64,000 nucleotides of DNA from Antedon mediterranea (taxonomy: Eukaryota > Animalia > Echinodermata). The DNA lies in the NCBI RefSeq assembly GCF_964355755.1, contig NC_092679.1, positions 6,540,201 through 6,604,200 on the forward strand, in the 5' to 3' direction. The position numbers and the translations under genes are program-made. The notes beneath the pieces are model-generated. The model saw only the letters and a program-made list of their open reading frames with translations, did no database searches and was not told the origin of the DNA. This document shows positions 17,049-30,660 of the stretch, in pieces; the first letter of the stretch is position 1; each line of letters opens with the position of its first letter.

Positions 17049-17726
17049 CACTACGCGTTTTTAACTGAATTTCCATGAAAATACAGGTATTGTGTTTATA
17101 AAAAAATAGAAAGGTAAATATATATTAACGATAATTGTAATGAATACACGTAATAAACTCAAAAATAAAATCCTCTTTATAAAACAGTATCGCGTTACAG
17201 GATCTTTTTTGTCAAGTGTAGGAATACACGTCAATGTGGTGGTTCTTTTCCTCCGTGACGTGGACAAGGCTCCGATTTCACTTCGTTTTGATTGGTCAAT
17301 AGTTTTCAGCAGCAGACGCGTCACACCAACCTGCGACTACAGTTATAGGTAGGAGCAGCTGCTTAGTGTTTTAGCCTACGTTGTTTTGCAAAATGCAATT
17401 ATGCATTAGGATAATATAACAATAAACCAAATTATAGGTATTATTAAATTGAATATAATTTTAAAGATTCTAAAAAGTACACTACAAGTGAAATATTACT
17501 TTCCTAGAATATTGCTTTCCACACGCCACAAGCCGCTTCACAAATATATAGAGGGCGCACGACAAATAATTAAAATAACACTGGTGTGGATGGACGGACG
17601 TGTTTTGCATGTTTTTGTTTGGAAGTGTAATTTAGGGCGTGAAAAGATTCAGTTGTTTGTATTTTATTACACGCTTATGGTGGGTTTGGAATTTCAACCT
17701 ACGAAGCAATTTATACATACACAAGT

Positions 17727-20700
17727 ATGATACGAATTGGATATTGGATGAGCGAGAAAAAACGAAAGAAGATTGATTTACAACAAGTAGCGGACCTGTG
17801 TCGGTAAGTAAGGTGTGCGCTCTAGCCGCCACCACCAGCAAGCAAGGCAAGGCCTAGGCTGCTGCTCTGTACTGTATGAATATGTAGTTAGGCACGTTGG
17901 AGGGGATCGGAGTCCTACAAACCTGTAGTTGAGGAGGCCAAACAGACTGACCTAACTACCAGAGAGGGGCCTATTGTTATGCCAGTTGTTTTGTTTAAAA
18001 GCAGTTTTAATATTAATTTGTATTAGGCCTAGCCTACACTATGCAATATGATGAATTAGAAGAAGATAAATGCCTTTTGAAAATTGTAAAATAAAACCCC
18101 ATAATTTATTTTTTGAGAATTGAATGGGGTAAAATATGATTGATTGTAATTGTCGTATTCGATTTAGACTTTCACCGTTGAGTATCAGGTTTTCCGTTGA
18201 GTACTTCTTTAACGGAGTATTTTGAGCATTGAGATTGTTCTTAACGAAAAAGCTTTCGTTGTCAACGTTTTCTATTCGAATGACTTTCTGTTGAGCACAA
18301 ATTTACAATTCGAATACAAAAAGTACTCAACGAATCTTTACGTTGACAACGAAAGTTCCCAATCGAATACGACAATTGTTTTACTTGTTTTGTCGCCTAT
18401 TAATATTATGTTATTGCATTATTCTTTACTCCATGGTTATTATTATTGTTTATATAGAACCTCTATAGGCTATTTTCACCTGTTACAGTAGAACAATTTG
18501 AACCTTTTTGCACAATTTACACATTTTTTTAAAACTTTAAATTGTGTAAATTGCAACACAAAAATGCAGCTGGGAATCCTAGTATGTTTATTGCACTCCT
18601 TCCAACCACAGTGTGCATACTCCTTAAATTAACAGGAGCGCTCTGCATTATTATTTATATTATTTCCCAGGCTAGCCTATTATTGTCACATGGTGTTCAC
18701 AATATAAAAGGTTTAAGTTCTTGCACAATGACATTGAGCTATTGCTTTGTTTATTTAGTATCAACCTATTATTTCCATCATTTCACTGGTAAATTCATTG
18801 AGACATGAAATAAGGAATGATAAATTAAATTATTATTTTTTTTTTAATATTCAATTGAAATTGATAATTTAGAGTATAGATTTTGTAAAACAGCTTTAAA
18901 TATTTCTTTCTGTAAAATAAAAATATTGGTAAAGAAAATTGAGTGTATTTCACCCACAATTATGCATATTTACATATTTTAAATGCAAATTAACTATTTT
19001 CAATTCTCTGATTTATAACTTCACCTACTATATTGTTTTATTTAATAACAGTTTGTTTACCATATTAATGTCAAATGTTACTATAAACTGTTTACATATT
19101 ATTATTTATTTTGTAGATTACAAGGTGTAGAGACAGAAGCAGTTTTAGTGAGTATACAATTAATCTCAAAATTATTTTACTGCAGTAACATGATTTTCAT
19201 TTTTCTTTCAATGTAGTTACTGTAATAAACAGTGTATAAGATTATCCCACAAAACACTTTCAGTAAAGAGCCCACAAATTAAAAGCAGAAAAAGGCTGAC
19301 ATATGGTCTATTAATAGAAAACACTTACTAGGCCATTTTGCAGTTTTAATAAAGTTAAGCTATTGTGACACTAAAATGCAAAACAATTTTTTAAATTATT
19401 TTTTCTGGGGGACAATATATCTTTAATATTTAATCATTCAATTCAGTTTAAATCAGTCATTTATTCGATGCAATTCATCAATTAATTTAGTTTTAGTTTG
19501 AACAAAAATTAATGGCCAATTATTTAAACAAGAAATATTTCTTACAAAAAACGCTGCTCGACATTTTAAAATTAATCCTTGTTCTTTCTTCAGATATATT
19601 TATGATTAATTATTAATAAGATTTCCTTTAATCGCAAAAATACATACAAATCAAAGATCTTTAATTATGAATCACATACCCATTTAAAAATGGTAAATTT
19701 TGAACTTTAATGTGCTGTGTGTGTGTGACCTCAGCCTGTAGGCATGCAACTGAATACCCTCTAGAGACAACGTGACTTCACGGTGGTACAAGTGAGAAAA
19801 TTCTTCCCAGTCTGTTGATTCGCGTTGACCAATCAAAGGACGAGAATCCAAAATCGTTTAACCATGAGCCCTCATAGACTCAATTTCCCAGACGTTTTTG
19901 GGTCCAGCAGCTGGGATCTATAAATTATAGTCGAGTTACAAAGTCGCAAAACTGTCGGCCTTGTAGATACTATAACTGCTGCTTGCTTTAGCTTCTGAAT
20001 GAGTAGTCCTCATGGGACGTAGCTGGCTAGAGCAGCAGCGTGAAAAAAGATGTGACAGTTCTAGTTTAGTCCATTTGGGACCACACTGTGGGCCCGTTTC
20101 TGCTGCCAACCCAAAATATACCGTATAAATATACCGTATATGAAATTCGTGCACCGTTTCCGCTGCACATACTTCGTGGGTGGGTTGTAAAAAAGTTGGC
20201 TTTCATTACCCAAAATGCATTTCGTGAGACGGAAGTATGGATTGACCTCGTGTAGTGAGGTTTTTACCTACCGGTACATGCTGACAAAAACAAAACAATG
20301 ATGGTATCTCAAAACATCGTAGCATTGCTTTCTATTTTAAATCTAATGAGCAGAAGTGGCAACGAATTGACACCGCACATACAAGCACAATCTAGAAATG
20401 TCACTATAAATAAACTCTGTTATTCAAATTGAGTTTATATTATGCTATATTATCCTATATTGCCGTTTTAATTTCCATTTTCTATTATACAGTGTTTTAC
20501 CATGATTTTACATCACGTTGTTGTCGTGTAAGAACATTTGATTTATTGTAATTAAAATCTCGGTATCTCTTCTGTTGCCATGCAGTCTCCCCCCAACCTT
20601 CGCTTTCCCCCACAATTGAATTGCAAAAATAGTGATTTGTTCGGTCCACAGTGACATTTTGATCTGTTGCTTGCTTTTACACGTGTGTTTCAACTTTCAA

Positions 20701-23700
20701 TGCAGCAGAAAAACCAAAACAAGCGCGTCGCGCTCGGTTAGTTTTTGACCTCGTGTCATGAGTCGGGTCACATTTACGGTATATTTTGAGTGCAGCAGAA
20801 ACGGGGAACGAAATATACGGTATATTTTGGAATATACTGTATAATATCCACAAACGATGGGGATATTTATGCAGTATATATACCGCAAATATATACGGTA
20901 TATTTTTTATGAGACCCATTTCTGCTGCCAAAAAATATACCGTATATAAAATATACCGTATATATATACGGTATATTTTTGGCAGCAGAAACGGGGCCTG
21001 TGATTACAAAATAGTAGAGTTTAAAAGTTACACAACTGTGAAGTGAAAGTTCATAGCAGACTGACAAGTCAAGTTTACTGACTTGCAGTTTAGTAGAACT
21101 GTATGTCAGAAATTGATAAACAACTTTTTATTGAATGTGTTATTTATTGGTAATAGAAACAGGACACTCTGATTATGATTAAAACAAACAGTATAATGTA
21201 GGTATTAATCAATTACCACAATATTACCACAATACAGGATTTTGAAAGTTCTTTGGTAGTGACAAAACATGACACAAGGATTTCCTCTGCCAAATTATGG
21301 GTTGTTTAGGACAATACAAGGGTCAGAATTTACATTAATACCCCTGACCTTTCACATTCCCTCTGGAGTTTATAGTATACACTGGTGACTGTGTCAGCAA
21401 GGTAGTTTTGTATGGTGTCTGCCTCTGTGTGTGTAAACTTCATAGAGGTTGCTCGGTGAAAAGGGACACACAAGTATTTTATTGTATCCCTGTAAGTGTA
21501 ATGCTTTAAACTAATAAATTGTGTTTGTTCACACTTATAAACTGCTGTACTTGAAAAACAAAGCTTGTTAAATAGTTAAAGCCCCCTTCCCTACGTTTTT
21601 TAGATCTAATTTAAGATCACAAACTATATTTAATGTAAAAATAATACTATATGGTCCTATTGCGATAACTTTTTTCGTCTTTAAACGGTTAAAAATGTGA
21701 AAAACAAGTCGATTCTAATAATTATAGCAGCCCGCTATAAATCCCAAAATGCATTGCGCACGGATTGATATTTTTGTTTTTCACCTGTAATTCGCCCACT
21801 TTTCGATCGATCGTGAGGCCAAAACAAATGGAAGACTCCTAACTTTTCAGCGAAAATACCGGGTTTTGCCCAATTTGTATCAACGGAGTCTGGCAAAAAT
21901 AGAAAGACAATTACAGTAATGCAGCAACTATACAACGTCAGGCTAGGTATATAGCTAGCGTACGATGTTCGTACGTTACCGATGTTTACCAGCTAGGCCT
22001 ACAAAACTAAGCCTAGCTAGGCTAGGCCTAAGACCGTCCACGAGAGGTCGATCGCCGCAAGCTACTTAGGTAGTAGTGCATTGTTTCTCACTTTTTATCA
22101 TAATTTACCATAAAACGTACATTTAATACAAGGAATGACATGGTTTAATGTTTTTAAAGTGATATATATGTATTATTTTCCAAAAAACGTCCAAAATTGC
22201 AGGGAAGGGGTCTTTAAGGTTCAAAGACCAGATTTGTTAATTGTGTGGTTTCATTATTAAGTAGGTTTTGTGTTGACTATAGGTTATAATGATCGCCTAC
22301 TAAAAGGAACAAAAAGCAAAAATCAATATCTCTTCCTTGTTATTTGAAATTCAAACAATTTATATTATTATTGTCTGGTTTATGTAATTTTTATGATCAA
22401 GAAATATTGTTATTTTCAGATATCGTTAGAACAAGATTTAGAAGAGCAAGGACCATTTGATGTGATTTTACATAAAGCAACTGACATCCTGGTACTTGCA
22501 GAAGACGGAGACGAGGATGCAGCGACTTCCATGAAAGGTTGGCAGGTAAGCAAAGATATTCAATTTGTCTTTTACTTGTTTTTGTTTGTTTGCCACACAC
22601 GAATTATATTTGTAATTGTAAAATTTTTGTTTAACCTAATATTTATAGAGGGTGACCCTAAACAGCATATGATGACAATCAATGGGCCCTCAGAGAATGA
22701 GTTGTGATTATTTATGATTATGAGTTTGTGTCTGTGCATGAGACAGTGTCACACAATTTACTGAAATATTCTAAATTAGGGACTGGACCATGTCAAAATT
22801 ATTTTACTGCAGTAACATATGATTTTAGTTTAAATTTAGTTATTCTGAGTTGCTGTGATCTATACTATCAATGTAATCTCATTTTAATCTTCTTTTTTCT
22901 TAGTCGTACATATCACGTCACCCTTCAGTACTGGTCCTTGATCCTCTTGACAGCATTGCCCAGCTGATTGCTAGGCCTAGCACGTATGGAGTGCTAAAGC
23001 AGACATTAGCATCATTACAAGGTACTGTACTGTAGCTATAATGTGAAATGTTTAGCATTACATATGAGGCTTCGCGGGAGCGTCCCCTTCCATGCCCCTC
23101 CCCTTTTCCTAAATAGCTGCAATTTAGCATGTCATTTAATTAATTTTAGGCCCTGCCCCCACCCACACGCTTATTTCAAAATTCTACATCTTCCACTAAG
23201 AACACCTTTTAGTTGAAACAAGAAATTAGGTTTCGTAATACTATTGCTATTATTTGAAAGTAATAATCTAAATGGGTGTTTTGGAGCACAAATCTTTATT
23301 ATTATCATTATTAATACTGTATTGATTCAATTTCAGATGTTGAAACACCCAATTTTGTTGAGTTAACGAAAGCTGATTTAGATGTAAACCTTACATTATT
23401 AAAAGATGCTGGAGTAAGATTTCCATTTGGTAAGGAAAAACGTCTTTCTAAAGGCCAACTTGGACAGCGTCATACGTCGGGCATGATGAGTCGTCTCATC
23501 GATAGAAAATTTAACATGTTTAAAGTTCTCTTGATGACATAAAAACTACACCCGACACTGTCTCAAGACGATTCGTCTCGTCGGAATTCAACTAAGACAG
23601 CACTGACGAGTCAAGATGTTTTGTCGGGCTTCATCGTACGATGGTGTCTGAGTTGGCCAATGTGTGTATGAATGAACAAACTAATATGAGACGAGATACA

Positions 23701-26700
23701 TTAAAAATTCTTGTAGTCAGACAAAAGATGACATTTGTTTTACTGGTTGATACATCTAAAGACTTGAGTAGCTAACTTATGTAAATGTAAATAAATGTAA
23801 ATGTGGAGGAATAACCTATGACTTGCAGCCTAACTTGACTGAATTGCACACATGTGTGGCACAATAACTTTCTTCTCCCCTAATGATCCCTTCGTGTCAA
23901 GTGCTGCCACTAACGGCGCACATCCATCTGTCCACAACTTATGAAAGGAAAGACTGATTCAAAGTAAATATGTTGGGATAGATGGAGTAAGCAGCCTTGT
24001 TGAATAGACCATTCAACATGTTGGGATAGATGGAGTAAGCCTTGTTGAATAGACCATTCAACATGTTGGGATAGATGGAGTAAGCCTTGTTGAATAGACC
24101 ATTCAACATGTTGGGATAGATGGAGTAAGCAGCCTTGTTGAATAGACCATTCAACTCATAAAATGCTTTTTGTTATTTTTCAGTTTGTAAACCTTCTAGA
24201 GCACATGGGTCAAAGATATCGCATAAAGTAAGTAATATTTAATAATGGTTTTAACTTAATTACAAAAATATAACTTAATATCTTTATTTATTTACCTCCG
24301 CCAAGGAGGTATATGTAATCGGTAGCGTGTGTTTGTTTGTTTGTTAGCAGGATTACTCAAAAAGTAATTACAAGATCTTTACCAAAATGAATAGACAGAT
24401 AGATATGTGGTCAAGGACCATTGCATTAAATTTGGGGACCATTTGGGACCACAGTCCCAATTCTGGACCACTTTTTACTATACTTTTTTAGACCTGCTAG
24501 TGTTAAAAGATAGGACAGAATTGTTCAAAAGCCGGTGAGCAGTCTTAAAGTAACAAGTAAACTGAAATTGCATTTTCTCGAGAACTACTTGTCCAAAAAA
24601 CTTCATTTTTGAACAAGAGGCAAGAGTTATAATTTGTGATTTGTAATTTTAAAACATAATTTGATTTAATGTGCACGTTTTTTGATGCGAGTAGTTTAAA
24701 AAACCTACTTCTTTTCAAATTCACTCGTTTGATTTTTGCGTTGCTGTTCTATTGTTAGTCAACTGAAGCTATTGTTAATTGAAAGGCTTGTTACATAACC
24801 ATTACACCAAACTCGCATACACATGCTTGTAATGAAATTAGCCTAAATCACAAACAGCATTAAGACACACACAATATATATATTTTTTTTACCGGAGAAA
24901 TCTTATGTAGGAGAATTTTACAGTAGGCGGAGGTATGCCCTCTCGGAGTGGCTTTCTAGTTATTACTATAAATACAATATTCATAATTTATTTTAGCAAC
25001 ATAGATTATGTCCAATATTTTAAGTTATTAAAACAAGTAGTAAAATGAATAGATGCACTGTTGTTTCAATAAAATAGTATAAAACATACTCCAAATAAGA
25101 CGTAAACCATGGTTTAACATTTGTATATTTTCATGTTGTTATTTTGGAGTTATGTTTTATATGTTAACTAAAATTAAATAGAGTGTGAGGAATATAAGAT
25201 ACAACAGCTAGTAGAATACGGCCTTACCATGGTGAAACACCGGTTCTCGTCAGATCACCGAAGTTACGCAACGGCCCGGTTAAAGCTCGGATGGGAGACC
25301 ATCTGGGAATACCGGGTGCTGTATATGAAGCTAGGGGTCCCATTAGGCATTTGAAATCAGTACTGCTGACTTTTTTGGCAGCCCCTGCATCTAGTATATG
25401 CCTCTGGTTAAGGTGGGAACTGGACGAGAGAAGCCCTTGGTCAATGTTGGGACCAGCCAAAGGTGCTTTAAACAGTCCTGGCTTAGTCATCATTCAGATG
25501 AATGTAAGACTAATTGACATTATCGTTATACGACAGAAGTCAGCCATATATATATAATATATATATAGTCGAATAGAATTACAATATAATTACTGTAATA
25601 AAAAATGACAAGAACCATGCACAAATTCAGAATGTTGTCTTTTTAATAAACATGAGTTATGTAATTAAAATGAATGTTATTTATGTTTTTAGATGTCTAT
25701 AATTTTCAACGAATCTGGTCTAAAAGACGTGAAACCACCTTGCGTTGCTCAAACCTTCATTAAACACAATGCAGTTCTACATAAGATATTCATACTAGGA
25801 GATAAACACTTTATTGTACAGAGACCCTCTCTTAAAAACTTTTCTGAAAAGGGTAAGCACTTTCATACATACTTTATACTAATTTTTGTGCCAGATTGGT
25901 TAGTAATTTTAATTCTACTATTTAACTTTGTATACACTGTATGCAAAAAAAAAATGCAACAGCTATAGCCAGTGGAGCAGTTGCCTTCAACTATGAAGTT
26001 TGCTCCTAAATGGAAGAAGAAAAAGTTCTCTATGAAAATACATCCTTATAATATCTTTTTTCCAAAATAAGTGTAAGGTTCGGAAAAAAATGCTTTTGTT
26101 GATAGAATACTGTAACATTTTGTTTTGATATGAAACTATGAATTTCGACATTTTACATGTATATGTATGTAAATTGTGATATTATAAACATACATAGCAC
26201 ATGAGTGAATTGGATATAATTTTAAAATTGCATAAAACAGTAAAATATGATGAGTACACAATGTGTGTGTACCAGCTACAGTATACAATATATATACATT
26301 CATGGTTTTATACATTATTTTTTTTTAGATTCAACTCTAGAAACAATCTTTTTTAATAGTCATGATGTGTCAAAACCGGACTCTGCATCATTTCTGAACA
26401 AGGTAGGTATAGCGGTATTTCAGTCAGTATTATGACGAATGATGGAACACTTTCCTGGGTTTGAATGGTCTCGCCTTTAAAGGGTTCTCCAATATCCCCA
26501 ACTCTCATTAACCCTTTCACTGCGGAGCATTATTCCCACCTCTGTGCAAAATATATATTTACGAAAAATATATGATATTTTAAATTGTGTAATTATTTTT
26601 GTGGTGTGTGATGGGCAAAGGGTTAGTCTACAGTTAGGTATAAAAAAAAATGTAATTTGCATATTGATGACGTCATGTGACGTCATTACAGGTATTTTAG

Positions 26701-28263
26701 GATTTCGTGTTTTTTATCGAATCAATGATAAAAACTATATTTTCTATAAGAAATTCTTATAGAATACGTTTTTCCAACTGGATGTTGATGAAAATACGTA
26801 TAACAAATAAAAATATTTAAAAAAATTGAATTATTTTTGTTTTATAAAAATTATGCACAAATCAAAGTTTTGGGGCAAAATCGTGAAAATAATGACATTT
26901 TCAAAAAATTCACTATAGTACAAAAACTAACTATTTTTTCTGAATTTTTTTTTTTTGCGTGTTGTGATAAACACTGTTGCCCTATTGGGGCTGGTAAATT
27001 TTTGTTACTTTCAAAATGGCTGCCATTACGCTAATCAAAACAACTTTCCAAGATAGAAATACTATTATATATACTATACTATATATAATATAACTATAGA
27101 GGGCGCATTATTTTCAAGATGATAATACAACTATAGAGGGCCGTTTTTTTTCATGGAAAAAAATTTTAATGACTTGCAAAAATATTCAAGTTCATCGAAA
27201 AAATACAGAGGGTGCTATATATTGTAGGCAAATACGATTAAATCATTGTTTTGCCCATACCCGGTATTACCCGGGTATACGTATTTCAACGACGTCTGTT
27301 TATACCCGGTAGTACCGGGTATACGCAGTGAAAGGGTTAAATCTCTGTCTACACTATCAAATTTTATGTGATATCACAACCATATTTGGGCATCTCACTT
27401 CCATATTTGGGCACATCACACCTTTTTTGGCCACATAAAGTTTGATAGTGTGGACAGAGCTTTAGTAAGTGTTGTAGTTAAATTGAAACAATTGACCGTT
27501 TACAGCTTGATGACAGTGACTGCAAATCTTCAGGTAAAGAACCATGTGGAACGACGATAAACAAACTAGTAGAACGAGTATGCAGTCAGTTGAATAGCTC
27601 CCTCATAGGTATTGATATCATTGTTGAAAATGAAACCGGTGTTCATTACATCATTGACGTTAATGCATTCCCTAGTAAGTATCTTTTTTTTAAATGTTTA
27701 TCTTTTTCTTTTGGCCCAGGAGTCGCAATAGCAGGACTGAAAGATGTGCGGCTCCGTAGATAAGTGGCTGTGTGTGTACTAGTACATATTTTAATTTTTA
27801 AAAATAATTTTTTAAATCGGATCATTGTGACATTATTTGTTTACCCCCATTGTCAATATCTCTCGGATCATTACTGCTTCAGGTCCGACAGCATTTTTAG
27901 TCGGATAAACAAATTGTTTTTATAATATTAGGTTATGAAGGTGTTCCAAATATTCTGCAGCTGTTATCAGACTACATTTTACAACAATTATTCAAAACAT
28001 CAAACGGACGTCCGCAACATTCACAAGAAAATGGATTCACCAAAAAGCTGATCACAAATGCCAAGGATGTTATAAAAAATAGTCTTTCCATGGACTCCAA
28101 GAAACAGGGTATGGTGAATGGTTATTCAACGGAAACGAGGAACCAGGAATTGGCCACCAGTCTTTCTAAGAACCAAGTAAGGAATGAAACGAATGCCAGG
28201 AATCACTCAACCGTTAAGGGTGAATCGAGGAACCAAACATTGGTAAATGGGGTGTATTTATGA
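17727..28263 (+). CDS. ITPK1: Inositol-tetrakisphosphate 1-kinase
   Basis: Exons approx 17727-17803, 19117-19147, 22420-22545, 22904-23021, 23337-23429, 24184-24227, 25693-25852, 26329-26402, 27506-27674, 27932-28263. Motifs IGYWMSEKKRKK, EEQGPFDVILHK, FPFVCKP..AHG..SHKM, PPCVAQTFIKHNAVLHKIF, RPSLKNF, FNSHDVSKP, GIDII..IDVNAFPSYEGV. Confidence 0.95.
18148..18377. mobile_element. Palindromic MITE-like element
   Basis: AATTGTCGTATTCGATT ... AATCGAATACGACAATT with internal CGTTGAG/CTCAACG repeats. Confidence 0.6.
20090..20998. mobile_element. Non-autonomous PIF/Harbinger-like element
   Basis: TIR GG(G/C)CCCGTTTCTGCTGCCAA, 3-bp TSD TGT on both sides, subterminal AATATACCGTA repeats and internal extra TIR copies. 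Confidence 0.8.
21580..22213. mobile_element. Non-autonomous Kolobok-like element (634 bp)
   Basis: TTAA-AGCCCCCTTCCCT ... AGGGAAGGGGTCT-TTAA; RR..YY termini with TTAA TSD. Confidence 0.75.
23453..23658. mobile_element. Degenerate Harbinger-like MITE
   Basis: GGCCAACTTGGACA ... TGTCTGAGTTGGCC inverted ends; TSD unclear. Confidence 0.5.
23970..24155. repeat. Minisatellite, 4 copies of 45/48 bp
   Basis: ATGTTGGGATAGATGGAGTAAGC(AGC)CTTGTTGAATAGACCATTCAAC x4. Confidence 0.95.
24291..24960 (+). mobile_element. Helentron-associated non-autonomous element (HINE/DINE-1-like)
   Basis: 5' TACCTCCGCCAAGGAGGTA hairpin/subTIR, (GTTT)n microsatellite, 3' subTIR GGCGGAGGTA, short hairpin, CTAG end, T-rich insertion site. 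Confidence 0.75.
25214..25567 (+). mobile_element. 5S rRNA-derived sequence, probable SINE3 (5S head approx 25214-25323)
   Basis: TACGGCCTTACCATG..ACACCGGTTCTCGTCAGATCACCGAAGTTA..GGATGGGAGACC..CTGGGAATACCGGGTGCTGTA is 5S-like with deletions and no T-run terminator; followed by a ~220-bp body and (TA)n tail. Confidence 0.7.
26512..27336. mobile_element. Non-autonomous piggyBac-like element
   Basis: TTAA-CCCTTTCACTGCG ... CGCAGTGAAAGGG-TTAA; subterminal palindromes ATACCCGGTA..CCGGGTAT. Confidence 0.85.
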
Positions 28264-29087
28264 GATGAAAGATGGGTAACAAACTTGACAAAGCTATTTA
28301 AGGTATAATTTCTAATACAGCAATATTATATCAATAACATATTCATTCTCTTTCAGTGCCGATTAAAAACACACCTGATTCTCTGTACTGTATCCCCACA
28401 CATGGCACAATCTGCCCATGGTTTATGGCCTATTGCATGATAAAAGCATCACATGTGATTCTGTATTACAGATTCAGTACCGAGATTCGGCTTTTAAACA
28501 TGAGTACTTGTGAAGTAATTTTGAATGGCAGCACACTCTGTTATGTTGAAACATTCCCTTTTAAAACCTTAATCCTCTTGTCAAGCAGACATTTTTTTCT
28601 CTCCCGGTTTGTAGCAAGAACCAAAGACAGTACCCCCTCTTAAATCAATTTTCATCCGCAATATCAAATCCCAACTAATGGGAAAACCTAAAATTAAATT
28701 GTTCAGAAGAAAAAATTGTGAAAACCAGCAATACTGTGGATAGCAGTGACTGGATTTAAATATAATATAAAATTAAAGTAAATTTTTTAAATTACAAACA
28801 AATTGTACACATTTTGGGATTCTTCTTGTATGGATTGTTAAAATTGAATTTTTAAATTGTTTTCAGGCATTCATTTTTGTTTAGAAGTAAACTTGAAATC
28901 CAATTCATACCCACCCTAATCAAATGATTTATAGTAAAGTATTTACAAATAAGGTCATCAATTATATGATATAGATTAAAAATAGGTAAAATATTTCTGT
29001 TCATAAATAAAAACAGAGTTTGTATATTTTTTAACAATTATAGGATTATTTACGGTATTCTAATTTAAACCCCCAAATTGTCATTAA

Positions 29088-29630
29088 AGATGTACTGTCC
29101 CTTGAAACACGAAAAAATGAAGAAAAAAAATATTCTAAATATAAATTGGCCATATCAAAGTAATACAGTATTAAAGTTATTCACTTTAAGTCGAAAATTC
29201 GAGGCAAAAACAACAAGTTTACGTAATTAACAGGTAAATTAATTTGATTAAATTTCGTTTGGAAAATCGTCACGAGCGAAAGTAAACAAAGATTTCAAAC
29301 CACGAGTATGCATTATGCATGATGCAAATTAGGATTGTTTACAACTCGTCGCGGTTGAGAAGGTGTTTTCACACAGATCGAGAGGAAGTTTTATGATTAT
29401 GCATACAGAGTAGCCAAACAAGCGCATTGCATTATGAGATATGTTTTGATCGAAAACTTTGACTGAAAGTCGAAGTTATTTTTTGAACAAAAAAACGTCC
29501 GTATTTCGGTTACATTAATTTTTTTTTAAATAATTTTTTGTGAAAGTTAATAACTATTATGATACTTAAAAATGACCCACCTTTTTTCGAAATATAAAAA
29601 AAAATAATTAGTCAAAGGGACAATACATCT
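29088..29630. mobile_element. Non-autonomous Kolobok-like element (543 bp)
   Basis: TTAA-AGATGTACTGTCCCTT ... AAGGGACAATACATCT-TTAA; related end fragments near 19405-19426, 36033-36050 and 56955-56975. Confidence 0.8.
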
Positions 29631-30660
29631 TTAACATCTGTTTTTTTTTTTAAATTCTTCTCTTCCACGCTATGAACCCATCTACCTTCCACCGAATTTA
29701 TTTTTTAATTTTATAAAAATCAGCCAAAATAATTATCTTTATTTTCACCCTTCCATGTGTTGTCTCTAAACCTACCACTGGTTGGCAAACTCATAAAATG
29801 TTTTTGGGGTTATTTATTTGCTTCTCAATTTCTATTGTTCACTAAACATTCACAATGGATTGGCACAATAGGAAAGATCATAGACTTCTTTAACATAATT
29901 ATTTCTAAATAATAGTAGTCACTATAACTTGTATCAGGTATATTTTAATATTGCAGATAAAAAAATAATAGTTCATATTCACAGTACTGAATACAATGAA
30001 AGCTGCTAAATCATTAAAATATTAAACATAGTATAACTATAATAAATAAGGATAAGTAGAATAAATAAACCTGAATGATATTTACAGAGTAAACTGGTGA
30101 AATGGTCCCTAAAAAGAATCAAATTTAATGATGAGATTTAAAGGGTCATTGTATGCTTTTAGCCTATTTTAAAGCTCTGTCCACACTATCAAACTTTATT
30201 ATGCGACAACAAAATGTGATGTGCCCATATATATATGGAGACGATGACGAATACTACCATATTTTGGCACATCACACTTTCTTTGTCAAACTAATTTGAT
30301 AGTGTAGACAGAGCTTAAGTTTAGTTTTTAAATTTCATTATTTTTAAATGCTTTTTTTATCCTATTGGAAATCATATTTGATTTCTGTAATATAGTATTT
30401 TTTTTATATCTAAAAAACTGGTATTACTGTATCGAAATATGTGTTATAGATGCTATGTAATGTAAAAACATGTTGAGCAACTTAGGGTCAACAAACGTAG
30501 GAATTGACCTCTCATTATATTGTTATAACACTGCCTTGTTTGAATTTAGCCAACTATATGTTAATAGTTATGTTAATAAAATGTTTGTTTTTTACGCAGT
30601 ATAACGTAAGTTTGTATTTTTTTAAATTACTTTTTACTTTTGTACAATTACGATTAATTA

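Noticed and set aside
23970-24155. CRISPR-like palindromic repeat and repeated peptide ORF
   Set aside because: Units are contiguous and identical with no spacers; the ORF is a repeat artefact.
25214-25323. Functional 5S rRNA gene
   Set aside because: Internal deletions, damaged termini, no T-run terminator, single copy.
27660-27945. ITPK1 NAFPSY instead of NAFPGY as a sign of inactivity
   Set aside because: The catalytic D-x-N residues are intact and the change falls on a split codon; too weak to interpret.
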